The position numbers and the translations under genes were made by a program. Under the pieces are notes generated by a model. It did no database searches. It saw nothing but the letters and a program-made list of their open reading frames with translations, and was not told the origin of the DNA. A DNA stretch of 64,000 bases from Clostridia bacterium (GTDB taxonomy: Bacteria; UBA6262; WVXT01): positions 6,812-70,811 of the forward strand of contig WJOT01000027.1 of the NCBI GenBank assembly GCA_009619095.1, written 5' to 3'. Positions 47,394-58,424 of this stretch are shown here, in pieces (the stretch's first letter is position 1; each line of letters starts with the position of its first letter).

Positions 47394-48352
47394 TTTCTAT
47401 TTCTTCCTTGCAATGTCAATAAAGCTGCACCAATTACCCCCAGGTCTGCACCGAACTTTGTGTGAGTAAACTTTACTTTCTCAAAAGGAACCCTGAAAGT
47501 GCGCTTTCGGATTTCTTTTTTCATTGGTTGGAAAATTAATTCTTCAGCCCTGGCTACTCCCCCGCCAAAAACTATGACTTCAGGATTGAGAAGATTAATA
47601 ACTCCAGATAATGCTATTCCTAAATATTCCCCTGCCTCTTTCCAGATTCTCCTTGCCAATTTATCACCCTTCAGGGCAGCAGCCTGAATGGTCTGGGAAG
47701 TAATTGACTGTAAGTTTCCCCCAGCGAGCTTCTTTATCAGGCTCCTTTCACCTTTTTTGATTTCCTTAACCGCCTTTTTAACAATATAGGCTGAACCGAC
47801 ATAAGTTTCCAGACAACCATAATTCCCGCACCTACATTTTTCTCCTTGGGGATTGAGTGTAATATGACCAATCTCACCGGCACTGCCCGAGGCACCGTGA
47901 TATATCCTTCCATTGATTATCAGGCCACCTCCCACGCCAGTACCCAGGGTTATACAGAGTAAGTTCTTTACCTTTCTCTTAGTTTCTAAAATGTATGTTC
48001 CCCAGGCAGCGGCATTAGCATCATTGTCCACAACCACCTTTAAATTGAATCTCTTCCTTATCAAATGAACTATAGGCACATTCTTCCAGAATAGATTGGG
48101 AGAGAATCGGACAATCCCTCTATTCTGGTCGATATCACCAGCCACACCAATGCCTATTCCCTCTATAGAGTTCGACCCGAGACCTCTCATAATTTCGTCC
48201 AAAGCTTTTACGATGCGTTTAATAATCTTAGCTTTGCCCTCTTCTACCTTGGTGGGAAACCTAATCTTTCTTGCGATTTTCCCTTTTTTTGTAACCAGGG
48301 CTACAGTTATATTCGTGCCACCAATGTCTATTCCGATAGAATACTTGTTCAT
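47390..48352 (-). CDS. glk: ROK family glucokinase
   Basis: MNKYSIGIDIGGTNI..., ..LGTGVGGG.I.NG....G..G.AGEIGH.......C.CG..GCLE (ROK signature with Zn cysteines). The start at 48352 forms an ATGA overlap with the folC stop. The ORF-track start at 48406 would overlap folC. Confidence 0.85.
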   Translation of the reverse strand: MNKYSIGIDIGGTNITVALVTKKGKIARKIRFPTKVEEGKAKIIKRIVKALDEIMRGLGSNSIEGIGIGVAGDIDQNRGIVRFSPNLFWKNVPIVHLIRKRFNLKVVVDNDANAAAWGTYILETKRKVKNLLCITLGTGVGGGLIINGRIYHGASGSAGEIGHITLNPQGEKCRCGNYGCLETYVGSAYIVKKAVKEIKKGERSLIKKLAGGNLQSITSQTIQAAALKGDKLARRIWKEAGEYLGIALSGVINLLNPEVIVFGGGVARAEELIFQPMKKEIRKRTFRVPFEKVKFTHTKFGADLGVIGAALLTLQGRNRK

Positions 48353-49686
48353 CGTTTCAATGCCCTCTTCGCTTCCCCTACAGTGTACAGGGAACCAGTA
48401 ACACAAATTAAATCATCCGTACTGGCAACCTCAAGAGCCCTCATCAGGGCTTCCCCGACGCCATTTTCCATCCTGACCTTACCTGAAGGGAGATAATTCA
48501 TAACTTCTCTTCTAAGCAATTTTTTATCCAAACCTCTCTCGGTGTTAGGTGAAGTCACCACCACTTCCTGGCATAAGGGAACAATTTCTGCCACTACCTT
48601 TTTTACATCTTTATCTTTCAAAATTCCCAGGACGAGAATTATCCTGCGATGGGGAATAACATCCTCCAGGAGAGCATTCTTGAGACAGTGCATAGCAGCT
48701 GGATTATGCGCACCATCTAACACTACCTTACAATTCTTTCCTTTCCGGTTGACACAATTTAAAACTTCCAATCTCCCCGACCAGGTCGCTTTCTCCAGCC
48801 CCTTTCTCAAATGGTTCTCCGCCACCTGGATTCCTCTCAATCTTAATCCTTCGATTGCACCCAGGGCCAAAGCCGCATTCTCTATCTGGTGTCTCCCTAA
48901 AAGTCTTATCTTCAAATCTCTGAAACTATCGAAGATTCCCTGGTAATCGAACATCTGGGAATCACAGAAATTATTGGCGTCTTTTCTTTGATTTATGTGT
49001 TGGACTTTGATGTCTTTTCCTAAACGGAATAATCTTGTTCTTTTCTTCCAACATACTCCTTTTATTATTCCCAGAGCTCTTTTCTGTTTCACTCCAGTAA
49101 TTACGATTCCGTTCTTTTTTATAATTCCTGCTTTTTCTCGAGAGATATCAGAAATTCTTTTACCCAGATACTCCGTATGCTCATGATTGACATTGGTGAT
49201 GATTGACACCAGGGAATGGTTGAATACATTTGTGGCATCTAACCGACCACCCATGCCCACTTCTAATATGGCTATTTCCACATTGGCTTGAGAAAAGTAT
49301 TGGAGCGCCAGGGCTGTCATTATTTCAAAATAGGTCGGCTTCAAGGAGAATTTTGCGCGAGGAGTTCTGATAAAAAACAGTAACTGAGAGAGGAGTTCGC
49401 TAACTTTCTTCTTGGAAATATATCTCCCATCTACTTGAATGCGCTCCCGAAAATCGATTAAATGGGGCGAAGTATATAGGCCAACCCTGAATCCAGCCTG
49501 TTTAAGAATACTGGAGAGAAAAATAGCCACTGACCCTTTTCCATTGGTCCCGGTAATATGGATTATCTGGAATTTCTCATCACCAATGCCAGTGGCTCTC
49601 AAAAGCTTCTTAATATTAGAGAGTCCAAACTCTATACCTAAATGCTCTGAAGCCGAAAGGTAATCTAAAACCTGGGGGTAGGTCAT
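48349..49686 (-). CDS. folC: Bifunctional folylpolyglutamate synthase / dihydrofolate synthase
   Basis: 445 aa; HITGTNGKGS P-loop; Mur ligase middle and C-terminal domains. Confidence 0.9.
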   Translation of the reverse strand: MTYPQVLDYLSASEHLGIEFGLSNIKKLLRATGIGDEKFQIIHITGTNGKGSVAIFLSSILKQAGFRVGLYTSPHLIDFRERIQVDGRYISKKKVSELLSQLLFFIRTPRAKFSLKPTYFEIMTALALQYFSQANVEIAILEVGMGGRLDATNVFNHSLVSIITNVNHEHTEYLGKRISDISREKAGIIKKNGIVITGVKQKRALGIIKGVCWKKRTRLFRLGKDIKVQHINQRKDANNFCDSQMFDYQGIFDSFRDLKIRLLGRHQIENAALALGAIEGLRLRGIQVAENHLRKGLEKATWSGRLEVLNCVNRKGKNCKVVLDGAHNPAAMHCLKNALLEDVIPHRRIILVLGILKDKDVKKVVAEIVPLCQEVVVTSPNTERGLDKKLLRREVMNYLPSGKVRMENGVGEALMRALEVASTDDLICVTGSLYTVGEAKRALKR

Positions 49687-49784
49687 ATTACAATTTTTTA
49701 ATCATAAAGAATGGGCGTGGGCTGTAATTTATACTGTTCAAGCAGACACTTACTCAAACATCTATGGGCGTCAATTTCGGTTTA

Positions 49785-50612
49785 TCAGGATGAAAAAAGA
49801 TTTAATATTCTAACAACAGTACTCTTTAAGTTTTTTCTTTCAATTATCATATCTATTAAACCATGTTTTAATAAGAATTCTGAAGTCTGAAATCCCTCAG
49901 GCAACTTTTGCTTTATGGTCTGTTCGATAACCCGCGGGCCAGCAAAGCCGATAAGTGCTCTGGGTTCGGCAATAATTACATCACCCAACATAGCAAAACT
50001 TGCACTTACCCCACCTGTAGTAGGATTAGTTAAAATCGAAATAAAAGGTATCCTTTCCCGATCCAACAGACCCAGGGCTGCACTTGTCTTTGCCATTTGC
50101 ATTAGGGAAAGAACTCCCTCCTGCATCCTTGCCCCACCAGAAGAAGAGACAATAACTACGGGAATTCTTTTCTTGATTGCTTTTTCAATTAGGCGAGTGA
50201 CTCTTTCCCCCACCACGGAAGCCATACTCCCACCCATGAAGTCAAAATCTAAAATAGCTATAGCTACCTTGTGCTTGCCTATCCTACCTTCGCCACTAAT
50301 AACCGCCTCACTCAACCCTGTCTTCTTCTGGTCTTGCTTCACCTTGTTTTTGTAAGACTGAACAGCAACAAACCCTAAGGGGTCGCTGGGTTTAAGATTG
50401 GCGTAATTCTCCCGGAAACTTCCTCTGTCCAGAAGTAACCTAATGCGCTGCTTTGGCGTCAATCGAAAGTAATAGCCGCACTTGGGACAAACCTTAAAGT
50501 TCTTTCCCAGTTCCTTGTTGTAAATTATCTCGTTACACTTTTCACACTTCGTCCACAGACCACCTGGTACACTCTTTTTACCACCGGGTTCTTCGACTGG
50601 CATACTAATCAC
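49785..50612 (-). CDS. accD: Acetyl-CoA carboxylase carboxyltransferase subunit beta
   Basis: 275 aa; N-terminal Zn ribbon CEKCNE..CPKCGYY and CT domain (FMGGSMASVVGE..). Confidence 0.95.
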   Translation of the reverse strand: MISMPVEEPGGKKSVPGGLWTKCEKCNEIIYNKELGKNFKVCPKCGYYFRLTPKQRIRLLLDRGSFRENYANLKPSDPLGFVAVQSYKNKVKQDQKKTGLSEAVISGEGRIGKHKVAIAILDFDFMGGSMASVVGERVTRLIEKAIKKRIPVVIVSSSGGARMQEGVLSLMQMAKTSAALGLLDRERIPFISILTNPTTGGVSASFAMLGDVIIAEPRALIGFAGPRVIEQTIKQKLPEGFQTSEFLLKHGLIDMIIERKNLKSTVVRILNLFSS

Positions 50613-51405
50613 CTACCATTTTCTGGTGTAAAGATGCAACAAAATTACCCACATTCTTTAATATAGCCTTTCTGCTGGTGCTCTTTTCAATCAAATCTAT
50701 AATCGCACTACCCACAATAACACCATCGCTATATCTGGATACTTTTCGTGCCTGTTGGGGATTGGAGATTCCAAAGCCGCAGGCTACAGGTTTATTAGTT
50801 ATCCTTTTAATAGCTTTTAAAGCCTCAATTATATTGCTATTCAATTTATCGCGAGCACCGGTCACACCAGTTAAAGATACATAATATAAGAAGCCCGTGC
50901 TTTTGCTGGCAATCTTTTTTATCCTCTCCAGCGGGCTAGTGGGAGCAGCCAGAAAAATCGTAGATAATTTATTCAACCGCGCCACCGTCAGCCACTCTTC
51001 TGCTTCTTCGGGCACAAGGTCGGGAATGATAACCCCATCTACGCCCGTTTTTCTACACGTTGTGGCAAATTCTTCCAACCCATACTTGTAAATAGGATTC
51101 AAATAACTCATCAGAACGATGGGAATTTCTGTCTTCCTTCTCAATTTATAGACCAATTTGAGTATATCTCTTAATCTTACCTTATTATTTAACGCTCTCT
51201 GGGATGCTCTCTGAATGGTAGTGCCATCAGCCAAGGGGTCAGAGAAAGGGACACCTAACTCAACGACATCTGCGCCTTTCCTCTCCATCTCCAAAACTAA
51301 CTCAAAGGTCGTATCTAAATCTGGGTCACCGGCAGTAATAAAAGTGATTAAAGCCTTTCTACCTTTTCTGTTTAACTCTCCAAATTTACTGTCAATCCTG
51401 TTCAT
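50605..51405 (-). CDS. trpA: Tryptophan synthase alpha chain
   Basis: MNRIDSKFGELNRKGRKALITFITAGDP... gives the same 28-aa spacing to GDP as E. coli TrpA. The upstream ATG at 51435 lies inside a hairpin repeat. Confidence 0.9.
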   Translation of the reverse strand: MNRIDSKFGELNRKGRKALITFITAGDPDLDTTFELVLEMERKGADVVELGVPFSDPLADGTTIQRASQRALNNKVRLRDILKLVYKLRRKTEIPIVLMSYLNPIYKYGLEEFATTCRKTGVDGVIIPDLVPEEAEEWLTVARLNKLSTIFLAAPTSPLERIKKIASKSTGFLYYVSLTGVTGARDKLNSNIIEALKAIKRITNKPVACGFGISNPQQARKVSRYSDGVIVGSAIIDLIEKSTSRKAILKNVGNFVASLHQKMVGD

Positions 51406-51427
51406 AGACTTCGATTTGTTCTGGTCA

Positions 51428-51705
51428 GGCACCATTTATGGTGCCGTTCAGTTCCTGTAGCAGCAAAGCGCAAGCTTTCCTTCATTTTACCATTCGGGCG
51501 ACCACCCCGCTTTATCGGGGTAAACTGCGTGTCGCCCCTACACTACATTTGAAATTCTGACCGAGCGCCTCCGATAACTATCCCTACCTTCTAATACGCC
51601 GGGATGAAGGGATAGTTGCAGGAGCTTTAAATCGGTCAGGTAAAGCCCCGGCGCTGGCCGATTTTGAGCGAGGCTCTATCCGAGCGCCTCCGATAACTAT
51701 CCCTT
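51428..51705. repeat. Mosaic palindromic repeat cluster in the trpB-trpA gap
   Basis: ggcaccatttatggtgcc; gtagcagcaaagcgcaagctttcc; gggcgac..ccccgctttatcgggg..gtcgcccctacactac; ctgaccgagcgcctccgataactatccct / ggatgaagggatagttgcaggag..cggtcagg (long imperfect IR); second ccgagcgcctccgataactatccctt overlaps the trpB stop. Confidence 0.85.
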
Positions 51706-52872
51706 AACTATCTCTACGTCTTTATCTCCCCGACCGGAGAGACAAAGAACAATTATCTCATCTTTATTAGTATCCTTCGCTATTTTCATCAAGTAGGCCA
51801 AAGCGTGAGCCGGTTCCAGCGCGGGAATAATGCCTTCGGTTTCAGAGAAGAAATGGAAAGCCTGCAGTGCCTCCTTGTCCGTAACCACAAAGTAATCGGC
51901 ACGGCCTGTCTTCTTATAAAAACTGTGTTCAGGTCCAACTCCCGGATAATCTAAGCCAGGAGCAACAGAATGTGCAGGAAGAATTTGCCCATCGCTGTCT
52001 TGTAGAACATAACTTTTCGAGCCATGCAGGATTCCTATCTCTCCTACATATAGAGGAGCAGCGTGTCTACCACTTTTTATTCCTAACCCAGCTGCTTCAA
52101 CTCCGATAAACTTCACTGCATCGTTATAAAAATGGTGAAATAGGCCCAGAGAGTTACTTCCACCGCCTACACAGGCTATCAAATAATCTGGCAGCCGGCC
52201 TTCCTTTTCCAAAATCTGGCGCTTGACCTCCTTACCAATAACTGACTGAAAATCCCTTACCATCATGGGATAAGGATGCGGACCAACACAGGAGCCTAAA
52301 AGATAGTGCGTTGTTCTTACATTGGCAACCCAGTCTCTAATCGTCTCGTTGATTGAATCCTTTAAGGTTTTAGTTCCCGAAGAGACTGGAATAACTTTCG
52401 CTCCTAAAAGTTCCATCTTAAAAACATTAAGCGATTGCCTCTTTATATCCTCAGTTCCCATATAAATTTCGCATTCCAGTCCTAAAAGGGCAGAAACAGT
52501 AGCTGTGGCTACTCCGTGTTGACCAGCTCCTGTCTCAGCAATGATTCTTCTCTTACCCATCCTTTTTGCCAAAAGTGCCTGACCAAGAGTATTATTTATC
52601 TTGTGGGCGCCCGTATGGCAGAGATCTTCCCTCTTAAGATATATCTTCGCACCACCCAGCTTCTTTGTCAGGTTTCTGGCAAAATATAATGGTGTAGGTC
52701 TTCCTCCATACTCCGAGAGGTAGTATTTGAGTTCATCCTGAAAACTTTTGTCCCTCTTTGCCCTATTGTAAACTCGCTCAAGCTCCTTGAGGGCAGACAT
52801 CAAGGTCTCGGGAACAAACTTTCCTCCAAAGATACCGAAATAGCCTGACTTGTCTGGTAAAACCTTTTCCAT
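51697..52872 (-). CDS. trpB: Tryptophan synthase beta chain (TrpB1)
   Basis: 391 aa; [24 protein letters not shown] (PLP Lys), GGGSN. Confidence 0.97.
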   Translation of the reverse strand: MEKVLPDKSGYFGIFGGKFVPETLMSALKELERVYNRAKRDKSFQDELKYYLSEYGGRPTPLYFARNLTKKLGGAKIYLKREDLCHTGAHKINNTLGQALLAKRMGKRRIIAETGAGQHGVATATVSALLGLECEIYMGTEDIKRQSLNVFKMELLGAKVIPVSSGTKTLKDSINETIRDWVANVRTTHYLLGSCVGPHPYPMMVRDFQSVIGKEVKRQILEKEGRLPDYLIACVGGGSNSLGLFHHFYNDAVKFIGVEAAGLGIKSGRHAAPLYVGEIGILHGSKSYVLQDSDGQILPAHSVAPGLDYPGVGPEHSFYKKTGRADYFVVTDKEALQAFHFFSETEGIIPALEPAHALAYLMKIAKDTNKDEIIVLCLSGRGDKDVEIVKG

Positions 52873-52895
52873 ATTTATAAAATTATCTCCACGCG

Positions 52896-53049
52896 TTTTG
52901 CACGGTTAAAACCGTACCTACAAATATCAGGAGTGTGAAACGAAAGTTTCACCCTGGTCAAGCTTTCGCTTGACACTCCAACAAACTGCTGTAGGCACAG
53001 ATTCAATCTGTGCAGCTGACCGAGCGACTCCGAAAGCTATCCCTTCATC
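52896..53049. repeat. Mosaic palindromic repeat cluster in the trpF-trpB gap
   Basis: gcacggttaaaaccgtac 52900-52917 followed by ctacaaa; ggagtg[gtgaaacgaaagtttcac..gtcaagctttcgcttgac]cactcc (nested); gcacagattcaatctgtgc 52995-53013; gaccgagcgactccgaaagctatcccttcatc. Confidence 0.85.
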
Positions 53050-53066
53050 TCTATTCCCGTGTAGAG

Positions 53067-53702
53067 TTATAGTTTTTTTGTTCTAATTCGATTTATGAAT
53101 TCACACATGAGGTCGTAATCTTTTCGTCGGGGAGTCCTCTCTACACCACTGGCTACATCTACACCATAGGGATTGACCTTTTCTATAGCTTGAGTTATGT
53201 TATCAGGAGTAAGACCTCCTGCCAGAAATGCTGGCTTGCCAAACTGCTTCGCCTCCGCTGCCAGATCCCAGTTAAAAACTTCTCCTGTCCCTCCCTCTAT
53301 CCCCGGAACATAAGAGTCAAGAAGATAATAATCTACACTGTACTTTTCCATCCCTTCCAGACTTTCTTTATCTCTTATCCTGAATGCTTTAATTATCTTT
53401 AGTCTCGCACTCTGCGCTTGCAACTCTCGACAGTATTCAGGGCTCTCCTCACCATGAAGCTGCACCAGATTGAGCCTGCATTTTTCGGCAATCCTCTTGA
53501 CTGCTTTCATCTCTTCGTTTACAAAAACGCCCACAGGCTGGGTGAAGGAGGGGAGTTTTCCAATAATCTGGGTTACCAATTTTGGAGAAATTTTGCGAGG
53601 GCTATTCTTGTAAAAATTGAAGCCTATGTAATCAGCTCCCAGATTGACTGCCCATAAGGCATCCTTTTCATTAGTAATGCCACAAATTTTTATCCTGACC
53701 AT
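53067..53702 (-). CDS. trpF: Phosphoribosylanthranilate isomerase
   Basis: MVRIKICGIT..DA......GADYIGFNF...SPR.I...; start taken at M9 (53702). The first 8 ORF-track residues read through a repeat. Confidence 0.9.
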   Translation of the reverse strand: MVRIKICGITNEKDALWAVNLGADYIGFNFYKNSPRKISPKLVTQIIGKLPSFTQPVGVFVNEEMKAVKRIAEKCRLNLVQLHGEESPEYCRELQAQSARLKIIKAFRIRDKESLEGMEKYSVDYYLLDSYVPGIEGGTGEVFNWDLAAEAKQFGKPAFLAGGLTPDNITQAIEKVNPYGVDVASGVERTPRRKDYDLMCEFINRIRTKKL

Positions 53703-53716
53703 CAATACTAACCCTC

Positions 53717-53753
53717 GGGCGACCACCCCGATACATCAGGACCCCTACATTGG
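53717..53753. repeat. Palindromic repeat module (gggcgacc..ccccgat..ctacattgg)
   Basis: Variant of the gggcga-[cccgat hairpin]-tcgcccctaca module seen at 16418-16457 and 51495-51548. Confidence 0.7.
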
Positions 53754-53793
53754 CGCTCAGAATCCCTCCCTGTCCGAAGGACTCCAGACTCTT

Positions 53794-55149
53794 TCACCCG
53801 ATTGAGGGAATTGCTGCCAGAGCCTCTTTTATTTTCTCCTCTGGATAGGCGTAATCCTCTAATTTCTTACCCAGGTACGCATCATAGGCAGCAAGGTCGA
53901 AGTGTCCGTGCCCACTAAAGGCTATTACAATGCACTTTTCTTCTCCAGTTTCCTTACATTTCTTCGCTTCATCCACTGCCGCCTTTATACAATGGGCTGT
54001 TTCTGGAGCAGGAAGGATGCCTTCAGTGCGAGCAAATAGAACAGCTGCTTCGAATACAGGATTCTGATGGTATGCTCTGGCCTCAATAATTCCTTTGTTC
54101 ACCAGAAGGCACATAAGCGGAGCATCACCATGGTACCTCAGTCCTCCGGAATGGATTGGTGGAGGAACAAATGAATGGCCCAGAGTAAACATTTTTACCA
54201 GCGGAGCTGTGCAAGCAGTATCTCCAAAGTCGTATCGGTAAGGACCTCTGGTTAAAGTGGGACACGCCTCAGGCTCGCAGGCAATTATCTGTATCTTTTT
54301 ACCTTGCAGTTTATCTTTAACAAATGGGAAACAGAACCCGGCAAAATTGGACCCTCCACCTACACATCCTATTAGAATATCGGGCTTTTCCTCAGCAAGT
54401 TTCAACTGTTTTTTAAGCTCCAGTCCCACAACAGTTTGATGTAAGAGAACGTGATTTAAAACACTACCCAGAGAATACTTAGTATCATCATGTGTAACTG
54501 CATCTTCGACTGCTTCTGATATGGCAATACCCAGGCTGCCCGTACACTCCGGGTCCTTCTCCAGGATACTTCTTCCAGCATTGGTTGAATTAGTTGGCGA
54601 GGGATGGACTTCTGAACCCCATGTCTCCATTAACACTCTCCGGTAAGGCTTCTGCTGGTAACTCACTTTTACCATATAAACTGTGCACTTCAGTCCAAAG
54701 AGGTTACAGGCAAAAGAAAGGGCGCTTCCCCACTGCCCTGCTCCTGTCTCAGTGGCAATTCTTTTTACTCCCTCCTTTTTGTTGTAGTAGGTTTGGGCAA
54801 CTGCTGTGTTTGGCTTATGGCTTCCCGGGGGACTTACGCTCTCATTCTTGTAATAGATTCTCGCCGGAGTCCCCAGTGCTTTCTCTAACCTATAAGCTCG
54901 ATGTAAAGGTGTCGGTCTCCACAGTTTATAGACATCGAGAACCTCATCCGGTATGTCGATCCAGCGCTCCTGGCTTACTTCCTGTTTAATCAACTCCATA
55001 GGAAAGAGAGGTGCCAGGTCCTGAGGTCCCAATGGCTTAAAAGTCTTCGGATGCAATGCTGGAGCCAGGGGTTCTGGCAAGTCCGGCTGAATGTTGTACC
55101 AGGCTTGGGGAATCTCCTTTTCTGAAAGAATGATCTTCGACTGTTCCAT
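53794..55149 (-). CDS. TrpB2-type tryptophan synthase beta-like PLP enzyme
   Basis: About 450 aa; [17 protein letters not shown]...[19 protein letters not shown] (PLP Lys), [10 protein letters not shown]. Start at 55149 has a perfect AGGAGG upstream. ATG 55176 lies inside hairpin gtcccgagtcatcgggac. Confidence 0.85.
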   Translation of the reverse strand: MEQSKIILSEKEIPQAWYNIQPDLPEPLAPALHPKTFKPLGPQDLAPLFPMELIKQEVSQERWIDIPDEVLDVYKLWRPTPLHRAYRLEKALGTPARIYYKNESVSPPGSHKPNTAVAQTYYNKKEGVKRIATETGAGQWGSALSFACNLFGLKCTVYMVKVSYQQKPYRRVLMETWGSEVHPSPTNSTNAGRSILEKDPECTGSLGIAISEAVEDAVTHDDTKYSLGSVLNHVLLHQTVVGLELKKQLKLAEEKPDILIGCVGGGSNFAGFCFPFVKDKLQGKKIQIIACEPEACPTLTRGPYRYDFGDTACTAPLVKMFTLGHSFVPPPIHSGGLRYHGDAPLMCLLVNKGIIEARAYHQNPVFEAAVLFARTEGILPAPETAHCIKAAVDEAKKCKETGEEKCIVIAFSGHGHFDLAAYDAYLGKKLEDYAYPEEKIKEALAAIPSIG

Positions 55150-55164
55150 ACCTACCTCCTTTTT

Positions 55165-55188
55165 GTCCCGAGTCATCGGGACCTACAA
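55165..55188. repeat. Hairpin module D followed by ctacaa
   Basis: gtcccgagtcatcgggac followed by ctacaa. Confidence 0.7.
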
Positions 55189-55190
55189 TT

Positions 55191-55973
55191 TTAAATCCCT
55201 AATTCCTCCAATTTCTTACCGATGTCTTCGCTTTCCAGTAAAACTTGTCCAATCAATATAGCATTTATTCCTGTATTTTTCAACAACAAAACATCCTCTC
55301 TCGTTTTGATACCGCTTTCGGAAACAACTATCTTTTCCTGTGGAATCTTCTCCCTTAAACCTTTGGTTACATTAAGGTCAACAGTGAAATCTTTCAGATT
55401 GCGATTATTTATCCCGATAATCTCTGCAGGTGTAGAGAGGACTTTCTCCAGGTCTTCCTCACAATGAACCTCAACCAGAGTTTCCATTCCTATATCTTTA
55501 CTTATCTTTATAAATTCACCTATCTGTTTACCATCCAGAAGAAAAGCAATCAAAAGAACAGCATCCGCACCAAAAGCTCTCGATTCATAGAGTTGGTATT
55601 CGTCAATAATAAAGTCCTTACGTAGAATGGGAATGTTAACGCTCTCTCTAACAGAGAAGAGATGAAGGATATCTCCCTGAAAATACTTATCTTCTGTCAA
55701 TACAGAAATAGCCCCTGCACCATTTTTCTCATAGGTCTGGGCTATCTTTTTGGGGTGAAACTCTCTGCAGATGAGGCCACTGGAAGGAGAGGCTCTTTTA
55801 ATCTCGCAGATTAAATTTATTTTCCCTGGAAGAGAAATTGCTCTCTTAAAATCCCTGACCGGAGGAAGTTTAATAATTCTATCCTTCAATTTAGCCAGGG
55901 GAATCTTCCCTTTCTTTTCAGCCACCTTCTCTCTCTTGTAAGAAACTATCTTCCCTAAAATATCCATAAACAA
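55191..55973 (-). CDS. trpC: Indole-3-glycerol phosphate synthase
   Basis: 260 aa; ..LICEIKRASPS.G.I......A..Y...GA.AISVLTE..YF.G...... Confidence 0.95.
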   Translation of the reverse strand: MFMDILGKIVSYKREKVAEKKGKIPLAKLKDRIIKLPPVRDFKRAISLPGKINLICEIKRASPSSGLICREFHPKKIAQTYEKNGAGAISVLTEDKYFQGDILHLFSVRESVNIPILRKDFIIDEYQLYESRAFGADAVLLIAFLLDGKQIGEFIKISKDIGMETLVEVHCEEDLEKVLSTPAEIIGINNRNLKDFTVDLNVTKGLREKIPQEKIVVSESGIKTREDVLLLKNTGINAILIGQVLLESEDIGKKLEELGI

Positions 55974-56015
55974 TCATCAGTTACGAATTATGAATTATAC
56001 AATGGAGTAAGAGAG

Positions 56016-56079
56016 TTTTGTAGGGGAGGCACTCCGTGGCCTCCCGCTTTTACCTTGTCAAACTTTCGTTTGACACTCC
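56016..56079. repeat. Palindromic repeat modules in the trpD-trpC gap
   Basis: ttttgtag + gggaggc-cactccgtg-gcctccc; gtcaaac-tttc-gtttgac + cactcc. Confidence 0.75.
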
Positions 56080-56131
56080 AAAAACCCAAATCAATTGAAT
56101 TTCGAGTGAACTATGTATCTAAATATGTCAC

Positions 56132-57184
56132 TTAGGATTTGGTGGTGTACTCTTTTAGGAGCTCCAACTTTCTCATTGCCTTCCCGGAATCGATTGAATC
56201 TTCAGCCAGTCTAATCCCTTCTTTAAAATCTTTTGCTTTTCCTCCAGCCACAAGAGCAGCAGAGGCGTTTAGAAGAACGACGTTCCGCTGTGCACCTTTC
56301 TTGCCTTTAAGAATTGAATAAACTATCCCAACGTTCTCTTCAACTCCGCCTCCCTTTATTTCGCTAGGATGGGCCACAGGAAGACCGAAATCCTCCGGCC
56401 TGATATGGTAGGTTTCCACCTTTTTCTTTTTTAATTCAGAAACTTTAGTTGGGCCAGTAATCGTAATCTCATCTAAAGTGTCTAAACCGTAAACAACGAA
56501 GGCTCTCTTTACTCCCAGGTTGTTCAACACGTGAGCCATCATTTCTGTGAGTTCACCATCATAAACTCCCAGAACCTGAGCTGTGGCACCGGCGGGATTA
56601 GTTAAAGGACCAAGAATATTAAATACGGTACGAAGACCAATTTCTCGTCGGGGACCTATGGCATATTTCATAGCTCCGTGAAACAGAGGAGCGTAAAGAA
56701 AACCTATCCCAATCTCCCTCACACACTTGCCAACCACCTCAGGAGGAACCTCGAGGTTCACTCCCAAACCCTTTATAACATCGGCACTTCCACAACCTGA
56801 GGAGACTCCCCTGTTTCCGTGTTTAGCCACCCTGAGACCACATCCAGCCACCACAAACGCCGTGGTGGTAGAAATGTTAAAGGTATTCGTTCCTGTGCCC
56901 CCTGTGCCACAGGTATCCACTACTGTCTCCCAATCGATATTGATTTCATCCCTATCTATGTCTACCTCTGGCAAGACATTAATTTTAGTTGCTTTAGCCC
57001 GCATCACTTTGGCACATCCTGTTATCTCTTCTACAGTTTCTCCCTTGATTCTCAGGGCGGTAATGAAAGCTCCAATCTGGGCATCGGTACACTTACCTGA
57101 CATAATCTCTTCCATTACTTGAACTGCTTCTTTTTCTTCGAGGTTTTCACCTTTTACTACTTTGGCAATTGCTTCCTTAATCAT
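56132..57184 (-). CDS. trpD: Anthranilate phosphoribosyltransferase
   Basis: 350 aa; [33 protein letters not shown]. Confidence 0.97.
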   Translation of the reverse strand: MIKEAIAKVVKGENLEEKEAVQVMEEIMSGKCTDAQIGAFITALRIKGETVEEITGCAKVMRAKATKINVLPEVDIDRDEINIDWETVVDTCGTGGTGTNTFNISTTTAFVVAGCGLRVAKHGNRGVSSGCGSADVIKGLGVNLEVPPEVVGKCVREIGIGFLYAPLFHGAMKYAIGPRREIGLRTVFNILGPLTNPAGATAQVLGVYDGELTEMMAHVLNNLGVKRAFVVYGLDTLDEITITGPTKVSELKKKKVETYHIRPEDFGLPVAHPSEIKGGGVEENVGIVYSILKGKKGAQRNVVLLNASAALVAGGKAKDFKEGIRLAEDSIDSGKAMRKLELLKEYTTKS

Positions 57185-57251
57185 TCTCTTCTCCTTTGAG
57201 AAGTCTCTGCCATTTGTGACATACTCACGGGATTGAAATCCCGTGCATCTT

Positions 57252-58424
57252 TCAAGATGCGAGAGTTTCCTGCTTCTTCGAGTTGACTTGCTTCATCGAC
57301 AGAATCGAAGAAACAGAGGCCATTTTCTCCACAGGCGTTACTTCGGGCATGCCCTGCCCTACGCTTAATATTATACTTGATGCGTTATCATCCCTGTCAT
57401 GGACTGTGCCACAGTTGGGGCATGTCCATGTCCTCCGGGATAACTTTAAATCAGTCATTACAAACCGACAAATACTGCATTCCTTACTGGACGGATAAAA
57501 TCTCGGTATCTGTTTCACCGTCCTGCCATACCAATCAGCTTTGTATTGCATCTGTCGGCATAACTCTCCCCATCCACTATCGCTGATAGCTTTAGCAAGG
57601 TAACGGTTACGAACCATGCCCTTCACATTTAAGTCTTCAAGGCATATCACCTGGTTTTCGTTGATAAGCCTATAGGACAGTTTGTGAAGAAAATCATTAC
57701 GCTGATTCGTAATCTTCTCGTTGAGCTTTGCCACTTTTAGCCGTGCTTTATTGCGATTTTTAGAGCTTTTCTCTTTCCTCGATAACTAACGTTGTAGCTT
57801 CTTAAGAAGTCGCTCTGATTGCAACAACGTCTTAGGATGCTCTATCTTCTCGCCCCCTGACAGTGTGGCAAAATGCGTAAGCCCGAGGTCAACGCCTATC
57901 TTGCGGTTCGTAATAGGCAGTTTTTCCGTTACTGTTTTAGAGATTACCGATACAAAATATTTGCCTGATGGTGTTTTGGAAATAGTTGCAATCACGGGAA
58001 TACCATTAATTGCCCTGTGCAGTTTGACCTTAATGCCATCTTTGGCTTTCGGTATGTAGAGCTTATCATCCTCAATTCTGAAGTTCTGTGGAACAGCAAA
58101 GGACTGAAATCCATTTTTTGTCTTAAATCTTGGATAGCCGGCAAAACCTTTAAAAAAACGCCTGTATGCCTTTTCAAGGTTTAATACTACGTCTTGCAAC
58201 GATTGGGAATTTACATCTTTTAACCATGGGAATTCAGTTTTAAGATTTTTCAACTGACGTTTGCACTCAAATCCAGATATTGATTGTTTATTTCTCTGCC
58301 ATGCATCTCTCCGTAAAGCAAGAAAGTGGTTATACACAAAACGACAACTACCAAAGTGTTTCTCAAGAAACTCCTTCTGTTTTTCGGTAGGATACAGCCT
58401 GTATTTAAATGCCTTTAAGATCAT
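57252..58424 (-). pseudogene. tnpB: tnpB with a single in-frame TAG (codon 213)
   Basis: ORFs 57786..58424 and 57252..57734 are in the same frame (1173 nt = 391 codons), separated by TAG at 57786-57788: ..LLKKLQR*LSRKEKSSKNRNKARLKVAKLNEK.. The RuvC D/E/D contexts (IGVDLGL, ICLEDLN, DRDDNAS) and the zinc ribbon are intact. Confidence 0.8.

Noticed and set aside
57786-57788. TAG in tnpB as evidence of stop-codon reassignment
   Set aside because: TAG terminates well-conserved proteins here at their expected C-termini (dxs at 9874, trpB at 51697, the OMP gene at 27379), so the standard code applies. A nonsense mutation or sequencing error is more likely.
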